DNA of 64,000 bases from Monocercomonoides exilis PA203 (lineage: Eukaryota > Protista > Preaxostyla), in the NCBI GenBank assembly GCA_001643675.2, contig LSRY02000002.1, positions 1,922,001 to 1,986,000 of the forward strand. The letters are read 5' to 3'. The translations under genes were made by a program, and so were the position numbers. The number at the start of each line of letters is the position of its first letter. Position 1 is the first letter of the stretch. This document shows positions 1-11,138 of the stretch, in pieces. The notes under the pieces are model-generated. The model was not told where the DNA came from and did not search any database. It saw only the letters and a list, made by a program, of their open reading frames with translations.

Positions 1-50
1 TGGTGGCTATGCTAATGCTCACCATATTCACACATATTCTTCTTCTTCAG

Positions 51-2555
51 GGAAAGACATACTGGGTGCGATATTCTAAAGAATGGCTCAGAGAATATGA
101 AAAATACAGAGTGCTCAAAAACGTAGAAATTATCGACGTGGATGAAGAAAAGCTCCTTAATGCCAAAAGGCAAAAAGCGATTGAAGAAAGGGATCGTCAC
201 ATGGATGAAATTAGAAACAGTGTGCTCAAACAAAACGCTGCAATGTCACAAAGATCTTCTTCCTCCTCTTCCTCTTCTTCCTCCTCTTCCTCCTCCTCAT
301 CATCATTAAGCTCTGCGCCAAGTTCAAGAGGCACCAAAAGAGTCATCATTTTGCCGAATGCAGTGACTCAGCCATCATCAGCAGCAAAGGCTCAGCAAGA
401 GCAGCAGAAGATCCAGCAGCTTCAGCGCCAAGTGCAAGAAATGCAGCAGACACAGCTGGCATCTTCTCTGCAGCACCAGCGCGAGATGACTGCACTCACA
501 CACACACTCACAGCTGCCGTTGCTGCCAAGCGGATGCAACAACCAATCAACCCACTTGCTTCCTCGGCCACTTCCTTCCCTCCTGCGGCCATGATGCCTC
601 AGCCTTATCCTGTTCCTTCCACTGCCATGCAGATGCAGCCTGCTCCAATGGCTATGCAATACCCGCAGGCTATGCCCATTGGGCCAGCACCTTCATTAAT
701 TGCATCACCATCAAGGGGACAGTTGATCTCTCAGCCACAACCACAGCTACAACCACAGCCACAGCCATATGAATTCCAGGGGATTGTTCGAGACTTTGGG
801 AAGGATAGAGAACGCAGAGAGGTTGAGGAGATGAGTGAGATGATGCAGACGATGGAGCATGTTCAGATGGGAAGCCCACTGAAACAGAGAGTGTTACTGA
901 AAGCTCAGGCTGCTGGGAGGTTTGCAAATGCAAAAGCCAAAAAGCAAATGAAGGAGGATTCTAGAGATGAAGAAAGGACAAAAGAAAGAAAAAAGAATAA
1001 TAATGAAAAGAGAACAGCATTTGCATCAGAATATGAAAGAGGAGACTGTTCAGAAGCAGATACTAATGAGGATGAAGATGAAGAAGATGAAGAGGAAGTT
1101 GAGGAGAAAGAAGTCATAAAGAAGAATGCAAAGGACACAGGAAAACAAGGTGAAAAAGGTAAAAGTAAAGCAGTTAGTATTGGCATTGCAGATGGAGATG
1201 ATGAAGAAGAGGATGAGGATGAGGATGAAGAGGAAGAAGAAGAGACTACAAAAAGTCAATTGAACCAAAAAGCAAAAACGATATCCGTTCAGAAAAAGGA
1301 AACGGTCTCTCCAACGCCAGAAGTCAACCAGACACCTTTTTCACAGCAAAGAGGAGGTAATACTAGTGATACGCCATATACTCCTCCTTCGTTGTCCAGC
1401 TCCTTCAACGCAAGTAGGTCGATGCTTTCGACCCCTGCGACAGCTTCTTTGAGCAGATCGGAGCAGCTGTCTCCTGCTTTGTCAGACACTTGCTCTTCGA
1501 TGCTGATCACTTCAACGTATAATCCACTATCTTCTCCATCTTCCTCAAAAGGAAAAAGTCGGAATTCAAATAGACTGGCTATGGAGTCTGTGACTGAAGA
1601 TATCGAGTTTGATAACGATGATGATAGCATTAGTGAGAATTTGCCTGGCAAAAGGAAAGCTAGCAAACGAAAAAGAAAAAACAAAGGAAAAAATACATCA
1701 GAAACGCAACTTGAAAAATTGAAGAAAGAAGACATTGAAGATGACATTGAAGTGGAAGTCATTCCAGAAATGGCTAAAGCTGAGAAAGAAGTGGAAAAGA
1801 AACATTCAGAAGAAAAAGCAAACAAGATGACTGAAGATAAATGTGCATTTGAAGACAAAAAGAAAGAGAATAAGGATGAAGGAGAGGAAGAGGAAGAGGA
1901 AGAGGAAGAGGAAGAGGAAGAGGAAGAGGAAGAAGAAAAAGAAGAAGAAAAAGAAAAAGAGAAAGAGGAGAAAGAGAATAAAGAGAGAGGAGAAGAAAGA
2001 AGAAAGAAAGAGGAGGAGGAAAAGAAAAGAAAAGATGAAGAGAGATTAAATGAAGAGAAGACAGAAGCAAATGAAAATGAAACAGAATCATCAGATGATA
2101 ATGAAAGCGAAGATCAAACCAATGAGAACCGTAAAACGGAAGAATCCAATGGACAAAAAGCGAAGTCCTCTATTGAAGCTGCTGATGAATCAGAAGAAGC
2201 AGAAAATGATGAAGAGGAAGCATCTTCTCATAAAGCTGAAGAAGACACTCAGAGTGACTCAAAAGAAGATGAAGAAGACTTATTAAGCGACGATACAGTC
2301 AGTTTGGATGAGAAAGAGGAAGCATCTCGGAAAATGCCTCCTTCAACGACTGATCCAGCAGTATCTTCTTGTTCTTCATCATCTTCTTCTATTGATGCTG
2401 ATTCTGACTCGCACAATTGTTCCTCAGAGGAAACTGTATCTTCCAATGAAAGCTCTGATAAAACTTCAGCAAGCGATAACGAAGAGAAAGAAAAAGTTGA
2501 TATTCAAAACATTATAAATGAAATGTTGAACGATCATGATGGGAAAGAAACTTAG
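51..2555 (+). CDS. Last exon of a hypothetical low-complexity protein (Gln/Pro/Met-rich, then acidic/Lys-rich); 5' part lies outside the window
   Basis: Open frame to TAG at 2553-2555. A pyrimidine tract ending ttcttcag at 50 looks like a splice acceptor, so the ORF-track start is probably intronic. No recognisable domain. Confidence 0.7.
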   Translation, partial: GKTYWVRYSKEWLREYEKYRVLKNVEIIDVDEEKLLNAKRQKAIEERDRHMDEIRNSVLKQNAAMSQRSSSSSSSSSSSSSSSSSLSSAPSSRGTKRVIILPNAVTQPSSAAKAQQEQQKIQQLQRQVQEMQQTQLASSLQHQREMTALTHTLTAAVAAKRMQQPINPLASSATSFPPAAMMPQPYPVPSTAMQMQPAPMAMQYPQAMPIGPAPSLIASPSRGQLISQPQPQLQPQPQPYEFQGIVRDFGKDRERREVEEMSEMMQTMEHVQMGSPLKQRVLLKAQAAGRFANAKAKKQMKEDSRDEERTKERKKNNNEKRTAFASEYERGDCSEADTNEDEDEEDEEEVEEKEVIKKNAKDTGKQGEKGKSKAVSIGIADGDDEEEDEDEDEEEEEETTKSQLNQKAKTISVQKKETVSPTPEVNQTPFSQQRGGNTSDTPYTPPSLSSSFNASRSMLSTPATASLSRSEQLSPALSDTCSSMLITSTYNPLSSPSSSKGKSRNSNRLAMESVTEDIEFDNDDDSISENLPGKRKASKRKRKNKGKNTSETQLEKLKKEDIEDDIEVEVIPEMAKAEKEVEKKHSEEKANKMTEDKCAFEDKKKENKDEGEEEEEEEEEEEEEEEEEEKEEEKEKEKEEKENKERGEERRKKEEEEKKRKDEERLNEEKTEANENETESSDDNESEDQTNENRKTEESNGQKAKSSIEAADESEEAENDEEEASSHKAEEDTQSDSKEDEEDLLSDDTVSLDEKEEASRKMPPSTTDPAVSSCSSSSSSIDADSDSHNCSSEETVSSNESSDKTSASDNEEKEKVDIQNIINEMLNDHDGKET
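1884..1931 (+). repeat. (GAGGAA)8 coding microsatellite encoding poly-Glu
   Basis: Read directly from the sequence. Confidence 0.9.
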
Positions 2556-3659
2556 ACAATTTTTGAATGGTATTTTTTGTAATTGACTTCTTCTTCGGTT
2601 AATAAAGCACTATTGGTTTTATTAGCGAATAACAAGAGAGGAACAAGAAGATTTATAGTTTGCACAATGAAACAATCATTGTGTTTCATCATAAATAGAG
2701 CATTTTGTTCTATTCACTATTTTTTGCTATTTGTTGTTTTATCATTTTTTCAACACTTCACTGGATTTCATTTGTGTGTTAATTATCATTTCGTTAAGTT
2801 TCATAATAGATTTTAAAACCTCTTTTTCTGTAATCCTTTTCCGTAGCAATTTTAACTTCAAAATCAAACTCGTATCATGAAATTTTCATTCTTTTTATTC
2901 ATCTTATCCGTGTGATTTTTTTTTTAGTGTTGTTAATAAATATTCCAAACTTTGGCATTTATTTTTTCTTTTAGTATCTACCCTCTTTTTCATTCTGAAT
3001 CATTTTTCAAAGAAAAATTGAAATAAATGAAAAATTATAAAATTTTCTTTCTGTGACAGCTGAAGTTTTGTCAATTGAATGTCAAAAAATAACGAAACTT
3101 AAACAAGAATGTTTTCAAATCAACTGCATAAAAATACTTAAACATAAAAACAATTGTTAAAGAAATATTCAAAATAAAATTTTGAAGTGAAAAAATAACA
3201 GGATATTAAAGCCAGAGTTTATGAAAAGAAATATAAAAATACATATCAAATCATGTATTGAACATAAACAAAACTGCTTCATAAATAAGAAAGAGTGTAG
3301 AATAAATTTTATGCAAAAATGAATTGTTCCACTAAAAAGCAATTCAAAACATATGAAACATGACAACAGCTAATAAAACGTTTATTCTTTTGAAAAAAAT
3401 AATCCTTTATAAAATAATGAATTTAGCTTTATCAAAAGTTTAGAAATCATCAAAAACCTTTTTCAAATATCAATGTGTAAAAAAGTTCAAACGAAATCAG
3501 AAAGGTGATGTAGAAAAAACATAAGTGTGCGATATTTTCATAAAATATCATAATATTTTTTCAAACTTAAAAAAACAGAAAGTACGTAAAATCAAAGAAA
3601 ATCAAAATGATGAAATACATATTGTACGTTTCTAAGATTACGCAATAGTCAGTAATGAA

Positions 3660-6600
3660 CTACTCATCTGTAGGGAGTGGCTGAGCATCGTCGTCCAAGC
3701 ATTGCTCAGAAATAACTTCGCAAGGGGTGGATTGCTTAACCAATGTGTCGCAAGAAAAATTCTTTGAAAAAGAAAAACAACTGTCAGAGTTAGAAATTGA
3801 ACATGTATTAAAGCTATGCAAGCTAGCAGCAGGAGATGGGGACCTATCTGTTGGCGCGATGGAAATGGAGGTATTTGTTTGTGGAACTTCTCCCATTAAT
3901 GAGGTTCTTGCGGTTCCCCCAAGAGTGCTAAAAGTAAATGAAGACGTGGCATTTGGAGGATGAATTATAGAAGATGTATGAGACTGTGAAGAAGAGCGGG
4001 TCAAGCAATTTGTAATCGATCCAGAAATTGTTGATGAATAGGGGCGATTATAACTAGAAGATAACCGACTTGAAGATGATGAAGTGGTTCGGTTCGTCAT
4101 TTTGCTTTCTCTTTCGTCTTTTTTCTTGTTTTTATAAGATTTTTTGGGCATCATTTCATTTTTCTCACCAGGATCGAAAAATACAGGCAAATTTGACAAG
4201 GTTTTGCTTTCAATATCGCATTCGCGCACACGAAGTGATATAGGCTTCTCCATTCGCGGGAGAGCAGATAATGAAGATGCGAATGGCTCTTGCACCGATC
4301 CGCGAAATGTGGAATTTTGAGAGTGAAATGATTCAAAGCTGTGAGCTTCATCTTGGCTTTCAGCATCAAATGTTCGAGATTTGACTTTTGAATCAATCTT
4401 TGACAATAAATATGACAGACTACTGACAGACGTTGCACGTCCAGATTTAATTGGTTGGGTGCCCATTTGCAATCTAGGCAATTGAGGAATAGGAGGAAGC
4501 ATCATAAATGGACTCAGTTCCATATCAGAAGGCTCATCAGTCACATCATCGTCAATAATCTGGCACCTGTCAATTGCTGACGCTGAATGCTCTTTGTCTT
4601 TCGATGATGATTTCTTTCCCTTTGATGAAGACTTATATTCCTTCGAAGAAGATCTGTGATCCGTCGGAAGCGATGGCTCAGAAGCAGAAGACGTTAACTT
4701 TCTATTTACTTTATTTTCTTCTCGTTCACTCTCTCCTCCAGAATGGTTGCAAGAGTCGTGGTTGTCAACGCTGAGTTGCCCTTTACTTGAAAACGATTTT
4801 GAATGAATGAGTTGAGGATGCGAAGCGACATTTTGGAATGGATGATGATCTTCAGTAAATGTTTGTCCGTGCAGATTCGATAAAGGCAATTGTGAGAATT
4901 GACGAGGTAATGATTGTGATGAGATGCAACTGACTTGGGAAGACAAAAGCATTTGAATATGTTCTTGCTCCTTTGCTGATTTGATTCTGTTGCTGATTTT
5001 GCTGTTAAGCGTACTGTCATCATAAGTAAATGAAGGTTTCTTTTTAAATGATTTTGTAACTAGCAGAGTATTGTTTTGAGAATTATTGCTGTCAAACGTT
5101 TTTTCAATTTCTTCAATTTTGTCATCATCTTTAAACTTTGATATTTTTTCCAGAAACTGTGGATTGTCTTCAAAATATTCTTCTTCCTCTTCTTCCTCTT
5201 CTTCCTCTTCATATTCTTCTTCTTCTTCTTCTTCATAGTCTTCACCTTCATCGTTGTCCACATTTGTGATCTTCAATTCTTCTTTTGTTTGTTGAGTTTT
5301 ATTGGCTTCATCTTTTTCGATTGAATTATTCTCGTCAATTGCTTGGTTATCGGAGTTTTCAGCTACTCTTCCATCAAAATGAGAAGCTTGATCATTTTGC
5401 TTCGAATTGCATTGCTCATGCGAATTTTTTGCAAAATCAAATATGCTATTTTTGTCGTTGCATTCCAGAAAGTTACAATCAAGAGTTTCTCCGGACGATT
5501 GTGATCTGATTTCATTATTGTTTTCATTTGTTGCATCAATAATTGTTGAAGAGTTCGCTGAAATAGTTTCAAAATCAGATGGACTGCATATAAGTGTATC
5601 CATCAAAACTTGTGATTGAACATTCTTTGAAGGAAGAGCCTCTTGTGCATCTTCTTCTGTGATCAGCTCAATTGTTCTGTTTTTCTTTTGCTTTCGTTTG
5701 AATTTGACGTACAAGATTATGAATATCACCAAAAAGATTAGACAAACAAATATTGTTGAAGACATTACAATCACAATGATAATTAAATTATGATAAGATG
5801 CATCACGATGGTCATCTCCTGGCACTTCTTGTTTTGGACTGCTTGGAAGAAATGGCAAAAGATTAACTTGAACCGTTTCAGTTGTGCGTTTGGGCAAGTC
5901 AAATTCTCCATATCGAAGTCTTATGAAAGTCGTTGTATTCGGAGTGAAACTTTGAATTGCAGAAACTGGAATTTGTGCAATTAACTTATTTTCATTAATA
6001 AATCCCTCTTTCATAATTTCATAATTGTCATATCCTTCTGAATAATTTGTTTTCCTGACAATGTCAATTGTTAAAAAGCACGGAATGAAGAGATTGCCCA
6101 AGCAATGTAAGCAAAGATTTGATTCGTTTAAGCTCACTTCAACTGAATCCAGTTTTGGAACAAAAAATGAAGAATACCTTTCTTTGGGAATACCATCGAG
6201 TGTGCAACCTTTATTCCTAATCCAAAGAGAATCTTCTGGATCATCCGGTAAAAATGTTCCGTTCAGATACTGCAATGACTGAACATTGAGTGTTGACATT
6301 GTATCGTTGAGCTTTTTGCACTTGATGTTGCAACTTGCTGATGGATATGCATCTGAATTTTTTGAATTATTTGCAAAAATACAATTAGAAATAGAAGTAT
6401 TTGACCCAACAAGCGTTAATCCTCCAACTTGTGAATTCTTGATCGTTGTATTCAAAATGTTAACTGAACACAAATGACAACTAATCAGAGATCCTTTGGA
6501 ATGGCATATACCGATATTTGCAGGCTTATTAGATGTTTCAAATTCTGTATTTTGTTTTTCATTAGAGGATGCAACAGTAGAGGCTTGGTAAATTCCGTTG

Positions 6601-9600
6601 AAAACAGAGTCAGAAATGCAAACAAAAAAGCACTTTTCGATCTGTACAAATGAACCTTCTTCGGTTTCAATGTCATGTGACAAAAATGTCTTTGGATTTA
6701 ACGAAAATTCTGGTTCATATCTTGAATGATATATCTTATTATTATTGTGATTGTCGTATGATGGTTCCTGATGTGCAGGTTCGTCTCCAATAATCCAACT
6801 TGATGTTGTGTCGTTTATTTTTTCACCGAAAATCACTTCATTCATTTCTACGCTTTCACATTCAGTAAAGTGAAGCAGCCTGGTTTGAGGAGAGAGACTT
6901 AAGTACATTCTTTGCAAATGAATTCTTCCATTTTCGCAGCTTATAAATATTGGAAGTTTAGTTCCTGTCTCCATGTTTGCGCTGTTGCAAGATTTTGCTT
7001 GCCGGGGCATTTCTGCCATTATAACACTTCTAAATGTTAAGTCTCCGTTATTTGAAAAGAAGAGACAATTATGCATAAGGCCAACACTAACATTTATGTA
7101 GACTGCTACTCTCTGAATACACACAATATCTACACATTCAACAATACTGTTCATTCCAGAGTTTTGGACTGTCTCATTAAAATAGCATGTTGCCACTTGA
7201 GCACTTCTTGATGATGAACATGTTAAACTTTGAAGGATAATTTCTTCATCAATTGAAATGCTGTCAATTACAGAAATTTGACGAGAAGCATCAGCCGATA
7301 AGTGAGAAATCGCATGTTTTACAGTAATGCAAGGAAGTTCCTTCTTTCCACAAATCGATGAATCTTCGCCACACTTCGATATAGCTATTTCATTTGATGT
7401 ATAAAAAAAGATCAACGGGAGTAAATCGACATCATTTTCTCCGTCATCTATAGCAGTGAAATATATTGAGTTATTAAACGAATAATATGGATTTGAAAAG
7501 TCTAACTGAAAATACATTAGCATAGTGTCTTCATTCAAAGAATCAAGAAGCAGATATATGTCGCGACCGTATACAGCGTTGTTATTTGAGAATGTATCAT
7601 TTTCAAATAAAAATGAAATTGGAGTTCGTTGCATTGCCTTATATTTCCCTCGATTTAACTTTTTCAATGAAGATATTCCCAAAAATGCAATTGGAGTAAT
7701 ATCTGGATTGAATGGAGCGCTCGATAGATCAATAAAGAAAACCCCACCTCTTCCATAAGTATTGGTAGTTTCGCTTATTTCGTCGTTCAAAGAGCATGAG
7801 CACATCAAAAAGGAGCTGTTTGTGACCAAAACAGAATCTTGATCAGATTTTAAAAGAAATCTGAATGCTCCACCAAATATTGAGTTTGACGCAGAAATAA
7901 GTGTCATTGTATTGTTGGTAAATGTAATATTAGCAGGAATCTGTGTGAATTCGTTGAATTCTTTATTTGAAATAAAATTACGTGACGGAATAGGGAAATG
8001 AAATTGGCTATCAGTAAACGAAACGCAAACGGGTTCAGAAGACAAGGATGACGACGATGTGAACATGGAGTTGCTTATGTCCAGTGTCCTAACGAACTGT
8101 TGTGATTCGCTTCTTGTACGTTCAAATGATGTGTCCGATTGCATATTCCTTGATGGAACGCGTAAATCTTCAAATTTATAAAAGCCAATAAAGCTGAAGT
8201 ATCTATTTGAATTTATCACTCGCAGTGAATTTAATATAATTGTGCCAACATCTGCAGCAATCACATTTGCGTATAGAGGACAAGAACTAAGAAATGAAAC
8301 TTTAGTTAAGTTTATTTTTCCTGGGCAAAATACTTGCCTGCTATATTCTTGAACGCCAAATGATGATGACAGCAGGAACATTGGGAGTGTTATATCATCA
8401 TTCTTGTGTTCTATAACACAGTTGCAGACAGTAACCATTCCACTGCTCACTGGAAATAAAATTACATTACTTTGCATTTGATCACTTATAACAGAATTAT
8501 AAGAATTAACTCCGACAAGCGCTATGATGAATGCATCAATAAAGCATTGCAAGTCTGAGTAGACCGTATGCTCTGGAATTGTGACACTGATATTACTTGG
8601 ATGTTGAGAAGAGCTTTTAACCAAGTTTATCAATGAGCTCAAAGAAGCAGACTGGTCAGAAGAAGTCTCGTCAGTGTTGTTCTCAAGTTTTTTAGAAGAG
8701 TCAAAACTAGAGACAGAATGTTGAAGGCTTTCTGTTTGAAGATTTATTGAAGAAGATGAAAAGGCACAATTTTGCATGTCATTGCAATCATTATGTAGTG
8801 TTTCATTCAATTCTTTTGCCTCTTCGTAGCTGTTTTGATTTTGTGTGTCAAAATGTGATTCAAAAAGTGGATGAACAGAATTTAACCATATTAGAAAGAG
8901 ATCGTTGGATGTGATGTTTGCAGATAAAGAAGTATTCCTTTTGTTGGAGAAAGAATACTCAAAATATGAATTGGTAGATTTGAAATTGCGTGAAAGAAGA
9001 TTTGTATTATTTGAAAAGATAGGGAGGAAATGTGTTTTGTTATCCGATGAACAAGAATTGCTTCCAAATGAAAAGTGATTAATCTCAGATAAATTCCTTG
9101 CAAAAAAGAGAGGTGAAGAGGCGAAAGTCGGTGATCTAATCGAAATCATAGTCTGAAATATATTCGATTGAAGCAAAGAAACGTTGAAATCAACACAAAA
9201 AATCAAAGTGGAAAATAGAGGATATGAAAAAATCGAATGTGCATCATTAAAAAGGAATTGTTCAGTAACAATCACGTGATGTGCTTTTCTATCACTCGGA
9301 ACTCTAACATATGAAGAAAAATAAAAATCAGATTCATCAGATCTCTCAATGCAATTTAGTGATTCGTGTGATGTGTTGCAAGGTTTTGTGAGAGAAGATG
9401 AAATAAATAACAGATTTGAGCAGAGGAAAGAAGAATGCTTTTCAGCAGCATTTAGAAGAAAGTTATTTCTCTTTTGTCGTAAGTTTGAAAATACATCCAT
9501 AATAGAAAGTGAATTCCCGTATTTTGCAGAACGGCAATGCATAAAAATGCAATTTTGAACTAAAAGGGTACCAAAACTCGAAGAATCTAATTTTTGCGTC

Positions 9601-10751
9601 AATGATTCATTGTTTGTAATTACTGCTCCATTTATTGACAACCCTCCTCCAGATCCTTTTTGTGATTGGCATTCGTAAAATAGATTCTGATTTAAATAAA
9701 TGTTCCATCGAGTGTTTGCTAAGCCACAATGAATAGCAATTCCACCTCCGTTACCAACCGCTGAGCAGCAGTTAAATATGCATCTCTCAACTTTTGTTGA
9801 AACCGTTTGCGTATTTTCATTGAAAATTATGCTAATACCTCCTCCATTCGAATTTGCATTTCTTGTCTTTGTTGAAAACGAACAATTGCTTGAAAACGTA
9901 TTTGAACAAAAACAATAATAATCATCTTCGAACGAAATTTCTTGGAAAAGCATAATTCCATTTGAAATGTTAGAATTGATTTCAGTTTGATTTGTCATAA
10001 AACTCTGCTGCTCGCATCCGATGTATGTGTTGTTAAATGATTTATATGTTTCTGTTTGTGATAATGATGGGAAAATCTCTCCTTGTTGAAAGTTTTCACA
10101 CATGAAAAAGTAATTGCTTTGAAGAGTATGTTCAGTGTAAGAATATGGTGATAAATGTTTATTTGAACATTTGCGACTATTCTGAACCGTTAAATTTGAA
10201 AGAAGGCAATCTTTCAAAGAAAAACTACACCTTTCCATAAATTTTTGTTTTGCGCGATGGTGCTCAGAAAGAGAATTAGTTGAATATCTCACAAACGACA
10301 TATCTCCAAGGACAATATTTGATTCGCATAAGTTGATGTCGGATTTTGAATCTCGAATTGTTGTTTTTATTGATGAATTAATAATGCTCACCCTTCCGTA
10401 AACTTGATCAAAATCGAAAAAATCAAAACCACTTGACGTAATAATCAAATGATCTAACTTTAGATATGAAGAACAAGTTATGTCGGTAAAATTCGAAAAA
10501 GGTTTGTTAAGTGCCTGAACTTGTGAAATGACAAGAGAAGAATTTTGAAGCTGAATATGAAATGAAATTGAAGTTGAATGAGGAATAGGAAAATCGTATT
10601 GATGCTTAAATGTTTTTTCTTTCCCTCCAAATTGTTGTTGTGTTGCAAAATTTGTTGTACAAAAGTGATATTTGACAAAATGAGCATTTGAAATCTCCTC
10701 CATAACATATGATTTTAGAAAAATCACAGTGATTACTTGAAAAAAGGTCAT
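3660..10751 (-). CDS. Large type I membrane/surface protein: beta-helix (pectin-lyase/POMP-like) Cys/Asn-rich ectodomain, one TM helix, long Ser-rich cytoplasmic tail
   Basis: 2363-aa uninterrupted ORF. Repeated GGGI/GGGL/GGAF/GGVF motifs following FxxC/FxxN; NNAVYGRDIY; CGKKELPCITV; hydrophobic LIIIVIVMSSTIFVCLIFLVIFIILYV followed by KFKRKQKK (~5690-5790). True start is uncertain. Confidence 0.75.
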   Translation of the reverse strand: MTFFQVITVIFLKSYVMEEISNAHFVKYHFCTTNFATQQQFGGKEKTFKHQYDFPIPHSTSISFHIQLQNSSLVISQVQALNKPFSNFTDITCSSYLKLDHLIITSSGFDFFDFDQVYGRVSIINSSIKTTIRDSKSDINLCESNIVLGDMSFVRYSTNSLSEHHRAKQKFMERCSFSLKDCLLSNLTVQNSRKCSNKHLSPYSYTEHTLQSNYFFMCENFQQGEIFPSLSQTETYKSFNNTYIGCEQQSFMTNQTEINSNISNGIMLFQEISFEDDYYCFCSNTFSSNCSFSTKTRNANSNGGGISIIFNENTQTVSTKVERCIFNCCSAVGNGGGIAIHCGLANTRWNIYLNQNLFYECQSQKGSGGGLSINGAVITNNESLTQKLDSSSFGTLLVQNCIFMHCRSAKYGNSLSIMDVFSNLRQKRNNFLLNAAEKHSSFLCSNLLFISSSLTKPCNTSHESLNCIERSDESDFYFSSYVRVPSDRKAHHVIVTEQFLFNDAHSIFSYPLFSTLIFCVDFNVSLLQSNIFQTMISIRSPTFASSPLFFARNLSEINHFSFGSNSCSSDNKTHFLPIFSNNTNLLSRNFKSTNSYFEYSFSNKRNTSLSANITSNDLFLIWLNSVHPLFESHFDTQNQNSYEEAKELNETLHNDCNDMQNCAFSSSSINLQTESLQHSVSSFDSSKKLENNTDETSSDQSASLSSLINLVKSSSQHPSNISVTIPEHTVYSDLQCFIDAFIIALVGVNSYNSVISDQMQSNVILFPVSSGMVTVCNCVIEHKNDDITLPMFLLSSSFGVQEYSRQVFCPGKINLTKVSFLSSCPLYANVIAADVGTIILNSLRVINSNRYFSFIGFYKFEDLRVPSRNMQSDTSFERTRSESQQFVRTLDISNSMFTSSSSLSSEPVCVSFTDSQFHFPIPSRNFISNKEFNEFTQIPANITFTNNTMTLISASNSIFGGAFRFLLKSDQDSVLVTNSSFLMCSCSLNDEISETTNTYGRGGVFFIDLSSAPFNPDITPIAFLGISSLKKLNRGKYKAMQRTPISFLFENDTFSNNNAVYGRDIYLLLDSLNEDTMLMYFQLDFSNPYYSFNNSIYFTAIDDGENDVDLLPLIFFYTSNEIAISKCGEDSSICGKKELPCITVKHAISHLSADASRQISVIDSISIDEEIILQSLTCSSSRSAQVATCYFNETVQNSGMNSIVECVDIVCIQRVAVYINVSVGLMHNCLFFSNNGDLTFRSVIMAEMPRQAKSCNSANMETGTKLPIFISCENGRIHLQRMYLSLSPQTRLLHFTECESVEMNEVIFGEKINDTTSSWIIGDEPAHQEPSYDNHNNNKIYHSRYEPEFSLNPKTFLSHDIETEEGSFVQIEKCFFVCISDSVFNGIYQASTVASSNEKQNTEFETSNKPANIGICHSKGSLISCHLCSVNILNTTIKNSQVGGLTLVGSNTSISNCIFANNSKNSDAYPSASCNIKCKKLNDTMSTLNVQSLQYLNGTFLPDDPEDSLWIRNKGCTLDGIPKERYSSFFVPKLDSVEVSLNESNLCLHCLGNLFIPCFLTIDIVRKTNYSEGYDNYEIMKEGFINENKLIAQIPVSAIQSFTPNTTTFIRLRYGEFDLPKRTTETVQVNLLPFLPSSPKQEVPGDDHRDASYHNLIIIVIVMSSTIFVCLIFLVIFIILYVKFKRKQKKNRTIELITEEDAQEALPSKNVQSQVLMDTLICSPSDFETISANSSTIIDATNENNNEIRSQSSGETLDCNFLECNDKNSIFDFAKNSHEQCNSKQNDQASHFDGRVAENSDNQAIDENNSIEKDEANKTQQTKEELKITNVDNDEGEDYEEEEEEEYEEEEEEEEEEEYFEDNPQFLEKISKFKDDDKIEEIEKTFDSNNSQNNTLLVTKSFKKKPSFTYDDSTLNSKISNRIKSAKEQEHIQMLLSSQVSCISSQSLPRQFSQLPLSNLHGQTFTEDHHPFQNVASHPQLIHSKSFSSKGQLSVDNHDSCNHSGGESEREENKVNRKLTSSASEPSLPTDHRSSSKEYKSSSKGKKSSSKDKEHSASAIDRCQIIDDDVTDEPSDMELSPFMMLPPIPQLPRLQMGTQPIKSGRATSVSSLSYLLSKIDSKVKSRTFDAESQDEAHSFESFHSQNSTFRGSVQEPFASSLSALPRMEKPISLRVRECDIESKTLSNLPVFFDPGEKNEMMPKKSYKNKKKDERESKMTNRTTSSSSSRLSSSYNRPYSSTISGSITNCLTRSSSQSHTSSIIHPPNATSSFTFSTLGGTARTSLMGEVPQTNTSISIAPTDRSPSPAASLHSFNTCSISNSDSCFSFSKNFSCDTLVKQSTPCEVISEQCLDDDAQPLPTDE

Positions 10752-11138
10752 TGAGACGCATATATATATATTTATGCAATGCTTATTGTTTCAATAGGAA
10801 AAATGAGAAACTATAAAAAAAGAAAGTTCCACAAATAAAATGCAATATATATATTATTTCAATAGTCAAACGTATTATATTCCTAAAACACGTGTAAGTA
10901 AAGTGCACTTTTTGTGAAATAGGCCTTTTATACTGATTATCCAAATTTGTGAACAAGGACAATATAAATTTTATATTACGGGATAGTGGAAAAAAAAAAC
11001 AGTTTGAAAAATTTCAACTATTTCGCAATTAAAGATAAAATAATTCTATATAAATGCGTGCGTTAATTATTTCACGTCAAATTGTTCGTAAATACTTAAT
11101 ATATTTGTTTTATTAAAAAAATAAAAGAAAGTAAAGAT

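Noticed and set aside
1289-2091. Many 60-260 aa antisense or alternate-frame ORFs overlapping large genes (also 11419-12174, 16648-17385, 42486-47970)
   Set aside because: They are shadows of low-complexity Ser/Glu/Gln codon runs that lack stops in other frames, and contain no domain motifs.
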